Source of the DNA: Lepidodermella squamata
Taxonomy: Eukaryota > Animalia > Gastrotricha
Length of the DNA: 64,000 nucleotides
Assembly: GCA_047495785.1 (NCBI GenBank)
Contig: JBLDXI010000064.1
Location: forward strand, 248,001 to 312,000
Direction of reading: 5' to 3'
In this document: piece after piece, positions 38,814-50,500 of the stretch
Numbering within the stretch: the first letter of the stretch is position 1
Layout: each line of letters opens with the position of its first letter
Program-made: the position numbers and the translations under genes
The notes under the pieces: generated by a model
Seen by the model: the letters and a program-made list of their open reading frames with translations, nothing else
The model's database searches: none
Told to the model about the DNA's origin: nothing

Positions 38814-41800
38814 TTAGTAGACTAGAATTTCAGAGAATGACATAGGCATGGCGCCTGATTTTTCGATGCGAATGTATCGCCCCAGCAGCGGAGGCGTGCA
38901 GTACATCGTCAGCGATTGGCCGATCACCAAATTCGGGAAGCGATAGCCCCGATAGATATCGCAAATAGGACTAAGCGCTGCACCGGCCGAGCCATCGCCG
39001 ACTCGGGAGAGGACTTCGTAACTCACCGCACTGATTAAATCAACAGTAATATACGAAACCGTAGGACTTATTTTCGATACGTAAATGGACTGGCCAATGT
39101 CGATTAGAAACCAAAAATCAGTGCTGTACCCCCCGCCGCTGCCTGATGGGTAAAATGAGCCATCACTCATGTTGGCGTTGAGCGAAGCCGGAAAGGTCGA
39201 TGTGACTTTCTTGAACAGAGCATAATTCGTCCCAGTTTCAGTGCTAGCTTCAACTTTACAAATTAAAATGATGGCCTCGCGAGAAATAGATATCACGTTG
39301 ACGTAACGGCCCGATACGGGTGGGAAACAAGGCACGGACACTCTAGCGTCATAAGGAACGTCAGGGTCGCCAACATTGCAGTTCGTCAATGCTGCATCAG
39401 CGTACCAAGTCGGGACGCTGTTGGAAACAGCGACTCTCATGTCTGTAATGGCGTATTCAACATCGGCGTAGGTGCAGCCCTTGAAGCTAAACCGTCCTAT
39501 CGGCTGTAGTGTGTAATCGTCAACGTACAGCCGAACGGCGAATGCAACTAGAGCTGGTTTAAGGTAGTTGACGAAAGGCTCAGAATTCGGGCCACTGGAA
39601 GGTCCATCGAAAATTCTAATTCTCGACCCATTGTTCCCGGTGTAAGCTACCCATTTGCTACTGTCGCCCTTAAGCCGAGATGCCAGGTGATACTTTTCAA
39701 TCCAGGCCGCCAGGGTAGCGCTGGATTGAACCGCGACAATGTTGATGATTTTCAGCTCCGTGAATGTTATCTGAAAATACGGCTGACGATCTGTGGCCAG
39801 CGGGATCCAGTCTGAGTTGCCGATGTCATTCCTGCTCAAATCGCTAGGAGTTGTTGCACTCGATGCAGTTTCTACGGATTCGCTATCGTAAAGCTCAATG
39901 TTGCAAAATTGATCTAAAGAGTTTCGAAACATTATCACGGCCTAATTATAAGTAATTTTATAATCTTACGCGCGCAGCCTCGAACTCGCCATTTCAAACA
40001 GATTTGGCCGCTCCACGATTCAGGATGGAATCTGAGATGACGGGCTATGATGTGCGGCCTTATGAAGCTCCACTGAGTCGATGTTGAATCGTTGTTTGCA
40101 ACGAAAATCTATCAAACATTTATTTCATTTTTCGAGCAAGAAATATGTCGGGTTACTTTTGTTGACGATAGGCCGATGGCTCGATTGTAAAATGTTTTGA
40201 AGGTAACGTTATTAGTGCTGTAGGACAATCGATAGGTTCGGACGAAGCAGTTGTTCACCGAATCGCCAGATGTCGCAATCGATGTAACGATTTTCTGCTC
40301 GCCAAAGTCCAACGTTAGGAATTCCGTGTTAGACAAGGTTGCTGGAGTCCAAGCGCAGGCCATGGAGCCACGAACATCATCCGATCCAAGGCAAACGCCG
40401 TAGGGCGGGGAAGCAGAGGAGTAGTTTGAACTGTAAGTCCAGGCCGATGTGGATGACAGGTCGGACTCGCAAACGTGGCCCTCCACTGGAAGTGCAATAA
40501 TTTCGATATCCTCACTACAACTATTATACTTTTTTATCGCTTACATGTATTCGGCGTAGGAATTTGGTTAGCAAGCTCCATGGCTAGGAGTGAATCTGCT
40601 GGGCTTTGGTAGATTGCTAGCCAAGTCATCAGCCCTGTAAAGTACGCGCTGCTCGAGACATCCTAGATATGATGAATTATGTGTTGATGCTTGAAAATGC
40701 GCCTATCAAAATTTTTGATATTATACATGCTCATAAATACTAGAAGCGGCTCTAGGTATATCTTATGATACTGCTTTTTATTCTAGCAAACAAGAGCCCG
40801 GAAAATCTGAGAATCAAATACAAATTGTATATTTCCCAATTAATTGTTCACGACCAAGTCGAACTTATGAAAATGTACAGCGTATACAATTACTATGACA
40901 GAAGACATGATTAGCTCCCTATCAGTTAGTGTTGCCTATGACCTTTCGCCAGCCCTCATTCCGAGGTTGAACATACCAGGTCAGGTTTCCCTACAACTTT
41001 AGCCTATTTCTAGCGTGAATTTTCGGAAAATATTACGATGTTGAAAAATCAGACCTACCCTTCCTATGAAGAGGCTATTCGTGTCACCAGGAATACAGTC
41101 GCCGAAGCTTTGCGTTGCCCCAGCCACGCCGTCACGGTAGCCAGTGATGCGATGAGCGCCTGCTGTGAAATCAACGTTCAACAGCAGGTGCTGCCAGCGA
41201 TTAACAGCCGCGTTGCCTATATCGTTCGCAGTCTGCACTCCATTGCAACTCACAGTGTAGGATATCGACATGTCCGCCGAGTTGTAGAGCAGCTGGAGAA
41301 GAGGAGATGTACCCATGGCCAGCTGGAATATAGGCTGGCTGCCAGCTGTGAAATTTGGAAACATCATTGCATGGATTGCCACGGTATAGGATGGCAGAGG
41401 TGCAGATCGGTTGAAGCCGACCTTGTAGCTACTGAGGTATGAAGCCACGCTCAGTGAATTAGCGGCGGAAGGTGAGAATCGAAACACCTCCGTGTCACCC
41501 GTCGACCAAGGGAAGGCAGGTCCTCGAAGGGACGACCCAGCCGCAGTCAGCACATCACTTGTACCATCCACTGTAGACAGGCCGTTGTTGTAGTCGAAGG
41601 GTGTTAACAGGACGGCTTTCATTGTGCTGGTTAGCGGGCATCGCCTCGAAGAATGGGCGAATCTTCGCGTGAACACAACTGCGTTATACACTTGCACACA
41701 CGCATAGCTCGTCGGCTGGCTGTTGGCGCCTCCGATTCTGAAAAACGTCGCATCAGTTTGTATTCCAATACCGCCACAGCGATTTGACCACGAAGCAACG

Positions 41801-44800
41801 AATTCGCCCTCTTGGATCAGATAGGCGGTAGCCGTCCCTAATCTGTATTGAAATCCAACATAGTTCCACTGATTCAGCAACAGTTTTATCGGCGAAGTTA
41901 GCGTGAAAGGCGACGTTGCACCTTTGCAAAGAGCGACAAGTTGAAGGTAGCCGGTCGAGGATGCCCTCAATCCCACTGCAAAAGCTGTTGAATTCAACGC
42001 ATCCGTCCAGCCCATCAACAATCCGCCAAAACTAGCCGGTTTGAAATGAAACAGGAGAGTGACTGACCGGAGATAGACGGTGAAGCGGCTATTATCAGAG
42101 TTTACCCAGAGATAATCCATTTGAGAATTGAGCTTCAGCGCGCTAAATTAATAGAAAAAAACAACTGCTATTTTTTCGACGCAAGTTTTGAATTACGTGT
42201 TATTGTAGCTGAGCACATTGTCGCACGTCGGGTTTCCAACCGCTTTGAAAGCACTGCTCGGTGTGATAAGATCAGCTAGGTTGCAGGCTAACGGATACAG
42301 CACAGCAGGCGTCGGGGCTGCAAATTGTGATTAAATTTGAGCCAAGTTGCCTTTGAGCAAGAACTCACGAGTCCAAGGAGCTTGGGCACTTTGATCAATC
42401 TCAGCGTTGTCCAAAGCCCGCTTGTATATCTGGATGTGCGATAGCCTCCCGGTCCACGCGCCTCCCACCACGAGGTATGCATTCACTTTGACTGCAGTCG
42501 ATGTAAAGCAGCTGACCGCATAGATCCCGCGCATGATGCGATCGATGAAAGCACGAGCAATACCCGCGCGGCAGTCGAATGTCACAGCGGTGTGAACCCA
42601 GCGATTTTTATCGATGATAACATAACCCTGGGTTTTAGGGAAACTCACCGAGTCGTTGCATGCCCGAGATTGATCCACTAGAAATGTCCCGGTATCGTTA
42701 ATCCAAATTCGCATACACATACTAGGGAAAAGGGAAATATCTTGTCAATAGACAAGCGTGGGATACTGTGAATTCATCACCAAATTGAATTCATTGAATT
42801 CAGTACCAAAAATCATTGAATTTTGTACCAAGTTTTTCCAATCGGTTCAATCGAAGTCACAAATTTAAAGACCCAGAGTCTAACCCGAACCCTAACCCTA
42901 ACCCTAACCCTAGCCCTAACCTTAACAAGCTAAATAACGGAATAAACTCGTTAGGTATTGAATTAAATGAAATTTGGTGCCGCATAAAGATGTTCTCAAC
43001 AAGAGTCAATGCTGTGACTTACTTTCCTTGAGTTGAGCTGACCAAATTGAGAATGCCGCTCGTGTGCCAAACCCATGCTGAAAATGTCCAGCCATTATTT
43101 TTGTCAGCAGCCAAATAATCCATCGGTAGAAACATTTTGCCTGAGCCTGACCACGCGAGGGCTGACAGAGCTCGCCCAGTAACGCCTAAGCCGAATGTCA
43201 GCCCGGTTGAGTAGACGCCGTTGTTGCCATTGCCGCTCAGATCGTCAGCTCGGCGCAAGATGTCCAGAGGCCAGTAGCCATCTGGGACGAGTGTGAAGGC
43301 CGGGTCGAGTTGCGGGGTAGTAATTTCTACAGACGTGATAGTTTTCGTCTCACCCAAATCAATTGTAACGTAAGACCGCTGGAAAGGATCGCCACCACCT
43401 GATCGCAGCTTCGTGCAGTTTGTGATACTTCTCTCTCGGATGACACGGTCGCTAGTCAAAACTGAGGCACCAGGCAGCCCAAGCAAGGCATCAGTCGCTA
43501 GGTCATACGCTTTGGCTATAGGAGCTTTGAAGGCAATATTCGATGTATACCTTGGGATAGTTTTACAGCCAAGCAGCTCGATTTTGTAACAAGGCTTCGC
43601 GCCAGAGAATGAAATCGGCTCAATCCTGAAGTATTGCGCAACAATCGGCCTCGGGAAGACAACTGTTGCGATCTTCATCGCGTCGATGTTACCCGTTAAA
43701 GCAGCTTGGCCATTATTGTCCTGCAGCTCAGCCCAGTTATCGCCCGAACTTGCCTTGTAGCCTAAACTAAAGACTTGGACCCAAGAATTAAGCATGGCAC
43801 AGCCCTGAATTTGAACAGCAGTGACCACGGTCTGTTTTCTCAAGTCGATTACCAATGGCATGCTGTTAGCATACGCAGCCAGGCCCCAATTCAGCCGTGA
43901 GTAATACGGCTTTGCTACTGCAACAATTTCAGTCGAAATTTGAGAATCTTCAATTTCATTAGTTTCCATGCCTAGAGGCTCGAAGCAATTAGCTGGAGAG
44001 CCCTTAACTGCCACTTTAGCTTTGCTTTGAACACTCGTTCTATTCTCGAATGTATTTGTAAATCTGACATGCTTTGTAAGAACTGGTCGGAAAGGCGTGA
44101 AAATCGTAGTTTTGCCGCTGATAGGATTCCAGAATCTGTTCTCACCGTGGCCATTATCAATCGATTGAAAGGCCAAACCATCAAAACTCCACTCTAATTT
44201 CACCTTTAGTAAACAGTCGAACCTGCAGTAAAACTGGAATTCCGTCATCCAAACGAAGCGTTGGAGATCGATTTTAAACCAAGTACCAACGGGAGGATTG
44301 TTGGCGAACCCGAAGTAATGCGGATGATTTTCGTAGAGATGACCAAGCGGCGGCTTCTCGTCGCTATAAGCAGAGCTCGAAGAGTAACCCAAGTCAGTTA
44401 CGTAAGAATTGTCAAAGTCAACAATTTCACCGCCTGAAACTTGCAGCAACAAGCTAGGCGCGGTCCACGCTGATTTGAGTATTGCATCCCATGTCGCTGT
44501 TACCGCACAAGAAGATTTCGTCGAACACTGGCGCGATTTCTTCATCAGACCCTGCGATGCCACTGAGAACGAAGTTGCGTCTGCATTTGCTAGGACTTGG
44601 GCAATTGCCGAGCCAGGCAAGTCAAAGCTCCATAGGTCGCAGGTTTGGTTAGTCGCCGTGAATTGACCAGACCTACAGAGCTCGTTCGAATTACACGAAG
44701 TCATGCAGTTTACGGCTGATTGAACTGAGCTTAGATTTCCAACGAGGTGGATCGAGAGGTTGTAGCCGGCCTTAACTGGGCCGAAGGCCATTCCGGGGTA

Positions 44801-44866
44801 GATGTTGTAGTGATAACCTCCCGCAGCAACGCAGTGGCATAGCGCGGCCGTTAGAAGCAAAATCAT
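38814..44866 (-). CDS. Large secreted mosaic protein (about 1695 aa): PAN/apple-like, discoidin (F5/8 type C) x2, LamG/pentraxin-like domains, discoidin x2, C-terminal galactose-binding/fucolectin-like domain
   Basis: 8 exons (43023-44866, 42369-42721, 42197-42317, 41059-42142, 40545-40662, 40157-40485, 39970-40108, 38814-39913) total 5088 nt in frame. Motifs C..SC....CRS.QF....C.L; PLGME..I.DSQI; IDL..VTAVQIQG; WVHTAVTFD; WFLIDIG; GRYIRI..FSEILVY. No TM segment seen. Confidence 0.88.
42881..42921. repeat. Short interstitial (CCCTAA)n/(TTAGGG)n tract inside an intronic repeat element
   Basis: taacccgaaccctaaccctaaccctaaccctagccctaacc. Its flank (ttgaattcagtacc..cattgaattttgtaccaa) recurs near 19755-19795. 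Confidence 0.75.
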
Positions 44867-45580
44867 TTTATGATGTTATTTAGATAATGTAATCAGTGAA
44901 CAAGCCTGGCTCAACATTGATTTTTTCACATTTTTTGTGCGTGATGCTATTTTTCTGAACTCAGTTGAAGGCATTGTAGGTATTAATTGGATACAGCTTT
45001 CACACTGCTTCGCATCAACACATTCTTGTAGACATCTGAAATTCTACGGCGTAGGAATAAATAATTTAGTGGCCAAAAAGCTTGCCCACGTTTTCTCGCT
45101 GCTAAGGTAAGGTTTTTATGAAAAAATCAAGCGTTCAACGATTGATTAAATTCCGTTTTCTCTTCTTGACGATGATCGAAATTTGTCAAAGATAACAACG
45201 GAAATGCATCCGGATATCAATCCAAGTTTAAGTCTTCAGAGTTCTTTCAGTTTGGCCGCGATTTCCAACTAATTTCAACTGATCGCGGCATTTTCGTCAC
45301 AACTTTTTTTGCCCCTTCCCATTTAAACGATAATTTCTTGAAAGTTTACTAAAGACTGCCTACTGTTGAAAGTCGCTTAAAATCATTGTGTGACCACTTA
45401 AAAGTCCAATCCAATGCGCACGCTGATTGGTCAATCGATCTTTGCTATGACTCCCGGATGAAACGTTCTGTCGTGTGATCCATAAGAGTTTTTGCAACAA
45501 GTGTTTGCAACAAGCCGCAGCAATTTACCACAATTAATATGGAGTTTACGCTCGTGGTCAATGGAAACCGGGCAGAGGGT

Positions 45581-45753
45581 CAGTGTAGAAGATGGACATC
45601 TTGCCGAAAGGGGGATATAGGTAAGGGTCCCCCCTTATATCGCTTAAGTTTCCGCAGGGGTCAGGGAAAAAATCATAAGGGTCCCCCCTGTGGTTAGGCT
45701 TCGAGCCCGAGGGCTCGAAGCAGGGACAATCCCCCCCGCCATCTTCGACACTG
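45581..45753. mobile_element. hAT-like MITE nested in an older inverted-repeat element (about 45381-45909)
   Basis: TIR cagtgtagaagatgg / ccatcttcgacactg; 8-bp TSD cagagggt; outer arms about 45381-45485 and 45802-45909. Confidence 0.85.
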
Positions 45754-46528
45754 CAGAGGGTGTGGCAAGGTCATTTTTTTCATAAATATAAAATAATTTA
45801 TTAGTGGATCACACGACGGAAATGTTTCATTCCGGAGTCATTAGCAACGATAAATTGGCCAATCAGCGTGCGCGCCAAGGTTCAACTTACCAGTGGTTCC
45901 ACAATGATTATTCCCCATGGTTACTAAAAATATGGGAGGCAAAACAATATTGAGAGTCGTACTTTAGTACTGATTGAATGGAAAAAGTCTGATAGAAATT
46001 AGCTGGCATAGTCTCCTTGCAGCTGAGATAAGATAAATATTGATCGATACATGCAATTTATACATGTAATGCCCTATTGTAGGCGAGAAAATGGACTAAA
46101 TAGCGAGTTTGATATGCTTCTTTTTATTCCATTCACCTTAGAAGAGCTCGTAATAAATAATATTGTTTATCATGAACTCAAAAACTGTCTTTTGTCTGCG
46201 GTCATGAATCCAAAACACCGTTTTGCTTTGCGACCTGAATTTTCGCCTTACATCGCAAATGAACTTTGACCACGAGACGAGCTATCGTTAAAAAATCGCA
46301 ATTTTTGGCGATAACTTTGGATTATCCATGCAAGAGGCTATTGTTTATATCCGGAACAAAAGCGTGCGGCGCGTCAACACCTAAAATTAGAAATTCATTG
46401 TCAGTCACCGTTTATCGAAAAAAAATCGACCTAATATCTAGTTCATTTCATTTATTCATTCATTGAATTCATTTCAATTTATCAGTGATATTTCCTTAGT
46501 TGAAATTGTGCATTATTATTATTGACGA

Positions 46529-46775
46529 ATGAATCATACCTGTAATTTGTTTATGATTTGCGTTGTGATCGTTGGGCTAGCAAACAGCAGCAAGCCGTTG
46601 AATTGGGCGCGATGCTTCTCTTAGCTAATCAACAGATACACGTCTTGCGCACCGGCTTCTGATGCCTGTAATCCACTCACTGAATATTCGGTACGTCAAA
46701 TTTTTGAAAAATAATTGTTCATCCATTTATACTATGATCTCTGTTTTATTTGTATCGCTTCGACAGTTGGGTCTA
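46529..46775 (+). pseudogene. 5' remnant of a Cys-repeat lectin gene, close paralog of 34538
   Basis: MNHTCNLFMICVVIVG..NWARCFS*LINRYTSCAPASDACNPLTEYS; TAG at 46622; truncated at the start of exon 2. Confidence 0.85.
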
Positions 46776-47536
46776 ATTGATCTAATTACGATCTAAACGA
46801 TAATCAGAACCTGCTAGAGTCCCCATTTTTTAGGATTCGTTTGGTAACGTCGATATTTTCATATCCGTGCAAAAATCGTAATCCGTTACGATAATCCCGT
46901 AAAAAATCCTGATCCATTACTCAATCCATATTTTGGGTATTCACTGCTCAATTACATCTTGTAACAAGTGATATCGTATAGCACCAAGTATATAATCAAT
47001 GCAAATGAGGTTTCAATGCAAATTATTCACAAACTAGTAGTCAAGTCAGAGTTAATCATCATCATATTTCATAAGCGGAGGTGGAGCAGTGCATCATCCA
47101 AGCTTTGGCTGCCATTTAGAAGCAACTCCAAAGTTAACGCCATGGAACCGCTTTAAAAACGACGAAAAACAAAACTCTAAACCGGACTTTTTAACCTTCC
47201 CACGTCTAAAAATCGCTCCGATTTACGAGAAATCCGGTTTACAGAGTCCGGTTTAGACGACAAATTAAATGTAAGTTCATACTTTCGGCAAGAGCCACTG
47301 AAATCCGTCTGGTTTAGAGAAATTCCGGTTGAGACGACTCTGGTTTACACAACTTTACTGTATACCGTACTCAGTATCGCGGCATATGACTCGATGATGT
47401 CGCAAAACACTTTTATTTTTATAAAACACGATCCTGCTGTAAGACAATGTTTTTTACTTACAAGGCGATGGGTTTTTTTTAAATAACAGGGAATTTGTGA
47501 GGGCCAAATCCTACCCGAGTGTTAAAGTAGGCGATT

Positions 47537-50500
47537 TCAACATATAAATTTTGCCCGACTAGCTCCTCGTGAAATCAGCAAATATGCCACATTAGTCTTT
47601 TTCAGGCATATAGCGTAATCTAGAGCATTATAGCCTTTCGCATTTATAATATTCACGTTTGCACCTCTATCCAGCAGCAGCCGAGCAACATCGGCCCACC
47701 CCTGCATAGCCGCATGTATCAACGCCGTTTGGCCTTCATTACTCATGGCATCGATGGCTGCTTTGCGATCGAGCAACAGTCCAACCACTTCGACTTGCCC
47801 ATCCCGAGCCGCATATATCAAAGCTGTCCAGCCATCATAATCTTTAGCCTCGATGGAGGCGTGGCGATCCAAAAGCAGTCGAACGGTATCGACATGCCCA
47901 TTTGCAGCCGTCTCCATCAACGCCGTCGTGCCATTTATGGTATTGACGTCAATGGAGGCGTTGCGATCGAGCAGCAGTCGTACAGCCTCGACCTGGCCAT
48001 ACATGGCCGCATAAATCAACGCCCTGTACCCATCATCATCTGTAGCCTCGATGTCAGCTTTGCGATCCAGCAACAGCCTAACTATTTCAACGTTTCCTTG
48101 CTGGGCGGCGTACATAAGAGCGGTTTTGCCAATGTTATCTTTGGCTTCCTTAGCTGCTTTGCGATCCAATAGCAGTCGCACTGCATCGACATGATTAAAC
48201 GCAGCCGCATATATCAAAACTGTCAAGCCATTAATATCTTTAGCCTCGATAGAGGCGTGGCGATCCAAAAGCAGTCGAACTACTTCGATATGTCCATGCC
48301 ATGCCGCAATCATCAATGCCGTCGCGCTATATTTATCCTTGGCCTCAATGGAAGCGTTGCGATCTAGTAGCAGTCGTACAGCCTCGACCTGGCCATACAT
48401 GGCCGCATAAATCAACGCAGTACAGCCATTTTTTTCTTTGGCCTCCACGTTTGCTTTGCGATCTAGCAACAGTCGAACTACTTCGACTTGCCCATCCCGA
48501 GCCGCATATATCAAAGCTGTCCAGCCATCATCATCTTTAGCCTCAATGGAAGCGTTGCGATCGAGCAGCAGTCGTACAGCCTCAACCTTTCCGAAAATAG
48601 CCGCTTCCAGCAATGCTGTCGTGCCATTGTTATTTTTTGCCTCGATGGCAGCTTTGCGATCTAACAAGATCCGCACAGCTTCAACATGTCCCTTCGATGC
48701 CGCCCGCGTTAACGCCGTCCAACCATCGTTATTCTTGGCTTCGATAGTTGCTTTGCGATCGAGCAACAGCCGAACCACTTCCATTTTTCCCCTCGAAGCA
48801 GCAAGAATAAGCGCCGTGTTGCCAACGTTATCTGTTTCGTCGATGGAAGCGTTGCGATCCAATAACAGTCGCACAGCTTCAACATGCCCAAACAACGCCG
48901 TCCACATCAACGCCGTCCAGCCGTTGTTGTCCTTTGCATCGACGGCAGCATTACGATCCAGTAAAAGACGCACTACTTCGATTTCTCCTTCCACAACAGC
49001 AAAAGTCAGTGCTGTGTAGCCATTAGCATCACTAGCCTCGATGGAAGCGTTGCGATCGAGTAGCAGTCGTACAGCCTCGACCTGGCCCAATTTTGCCGCA
49101 AACATCAATGCCGTCGTGCCATTGTTATTTTTTGCCTCGATGTCAGCTTTGCGATCCAGCAGCAGCCTCATTATTTCAACGTTTCCTTTAAGTGCGGCGT
49201 AAATCAGCGCAGTCACGCCAGTGTTACTCCTGGCTTCAATAGCTGCTTTGCGATTCAATAATAGTCGCACGCTTTCGATTTTCTCTTGTAAAGCCGCTAG
49301 AATTAACGCTGTTGAACCATCGTTATCCCTGGCCTCGATAGCAGCGTTCCGATCCAATAACAGTCGGACAACTTCGATTCGCCCACTACGTGCTACGTGC
49401 ATCAATGCCGTCCGGCCTTCTTTGTCTTTGGCCTCGATGGCGGCCTTGCGATCTAACAACAGTCGAATTGTATCGACTGGCGCGTTTAAAGCCCCAAACA
49501 TCAAAGCCGTCATGCCCATGTTGTTCTTGGCCTCTAAATCAGCGTTCCGATCCAGCAACGTCCGCACTGCTTCGTTTTTCCCAGAGACAGTCGCATACAT
49601 CAAAGGTGTGGTGCCACTAATATGATCCTTAGCCTCTATCTGAGCGTTGCGATCCAATAGCAGTCGTAAAGCTTTAACCTGCCCCCTCGTTGTCGCAATA
49701 ATCAATGCTGTCAAGCCCCATTCATTCGTGGCCTCGATGGCAGCGTGGCGATCCAGTAACAGCCGAATGGCTTCGACCTGCCCAGCCCCAGCCGCAACCA
49801 TCAACGCCGTCAAGCCATCGTTATTTTTTGTCTCGATCGAAGCGTTCCGATCTAAAAAGAAGCGAACTACTTCGATTTGCCCATTGCCAGCCGCATACAT
49901 CAACGCCGTCGCGCCATTGCTATCCTTGGCCTCAATCGAAACATTCCGATCTAAAAACAAGCGAGCTACTTCGACCCGTCCATAACTAGCCGCAAACATT
50001 AACGCCGTCGTGCCATCGATATTCATTGCCTCGATCGAAGCATTACGGTCCATCAAGAGTCGAGCTGCTTCGACATCCCCATTAAAAGCCGCTGCCATCA
50101 ACGGCGTCCTGCCATAGCTACCCTCCTGGACATTCACATTAGCACCGCGGTCGAGAAACAGCCGAGCAATTTCCACTCGCTGTCCCGGTTTCTGATTGAT
50201 ACACGCCCAAATACTATGAAGCAGGGTGCTATTCTCTGTAATCCAAGTATCGCAGGTATATACATTGGGATTGCGCCAGTTCGGGTCGAACTTGCCGCCA
50301 GTGGATTCGTCGATCTCCTCAACAAGTTGCCGCACCTGCTCTACGTCACCTGTCTCAACTGTTACATTCCACAGTTGTTCGTACACTTCAGGGATCTAAA
50401 GAAAGATTGATTCCTCGAACTATTGCATTGCATTGTGAAACTCACAGGTCTTTGCTTTGCCGACACGCAAGAACCAGGCTGGGACCACGTGAAGTTCGAG

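Noticed and set aside
42881-42921. True telomere or fusion site
   Set aside because: Only about 6 degenerate units, inside a dispersed intronic repeat.
47714-49989. Long antisense ORFs over the ankyrin exons (also 37098-37888 and 60178-60876)
   Set aside because: Shadows of the repetitive coding strand with no independent signal.
47537-50386. Stand-alone intracellular or bacterial ankyrin genes starting MYEQLW
   Set aside because: The start is GTG (Val) just after a splice acceptor and in frame with the upstream CCP exon. The context is intron-rich, so contamination is unlikely.
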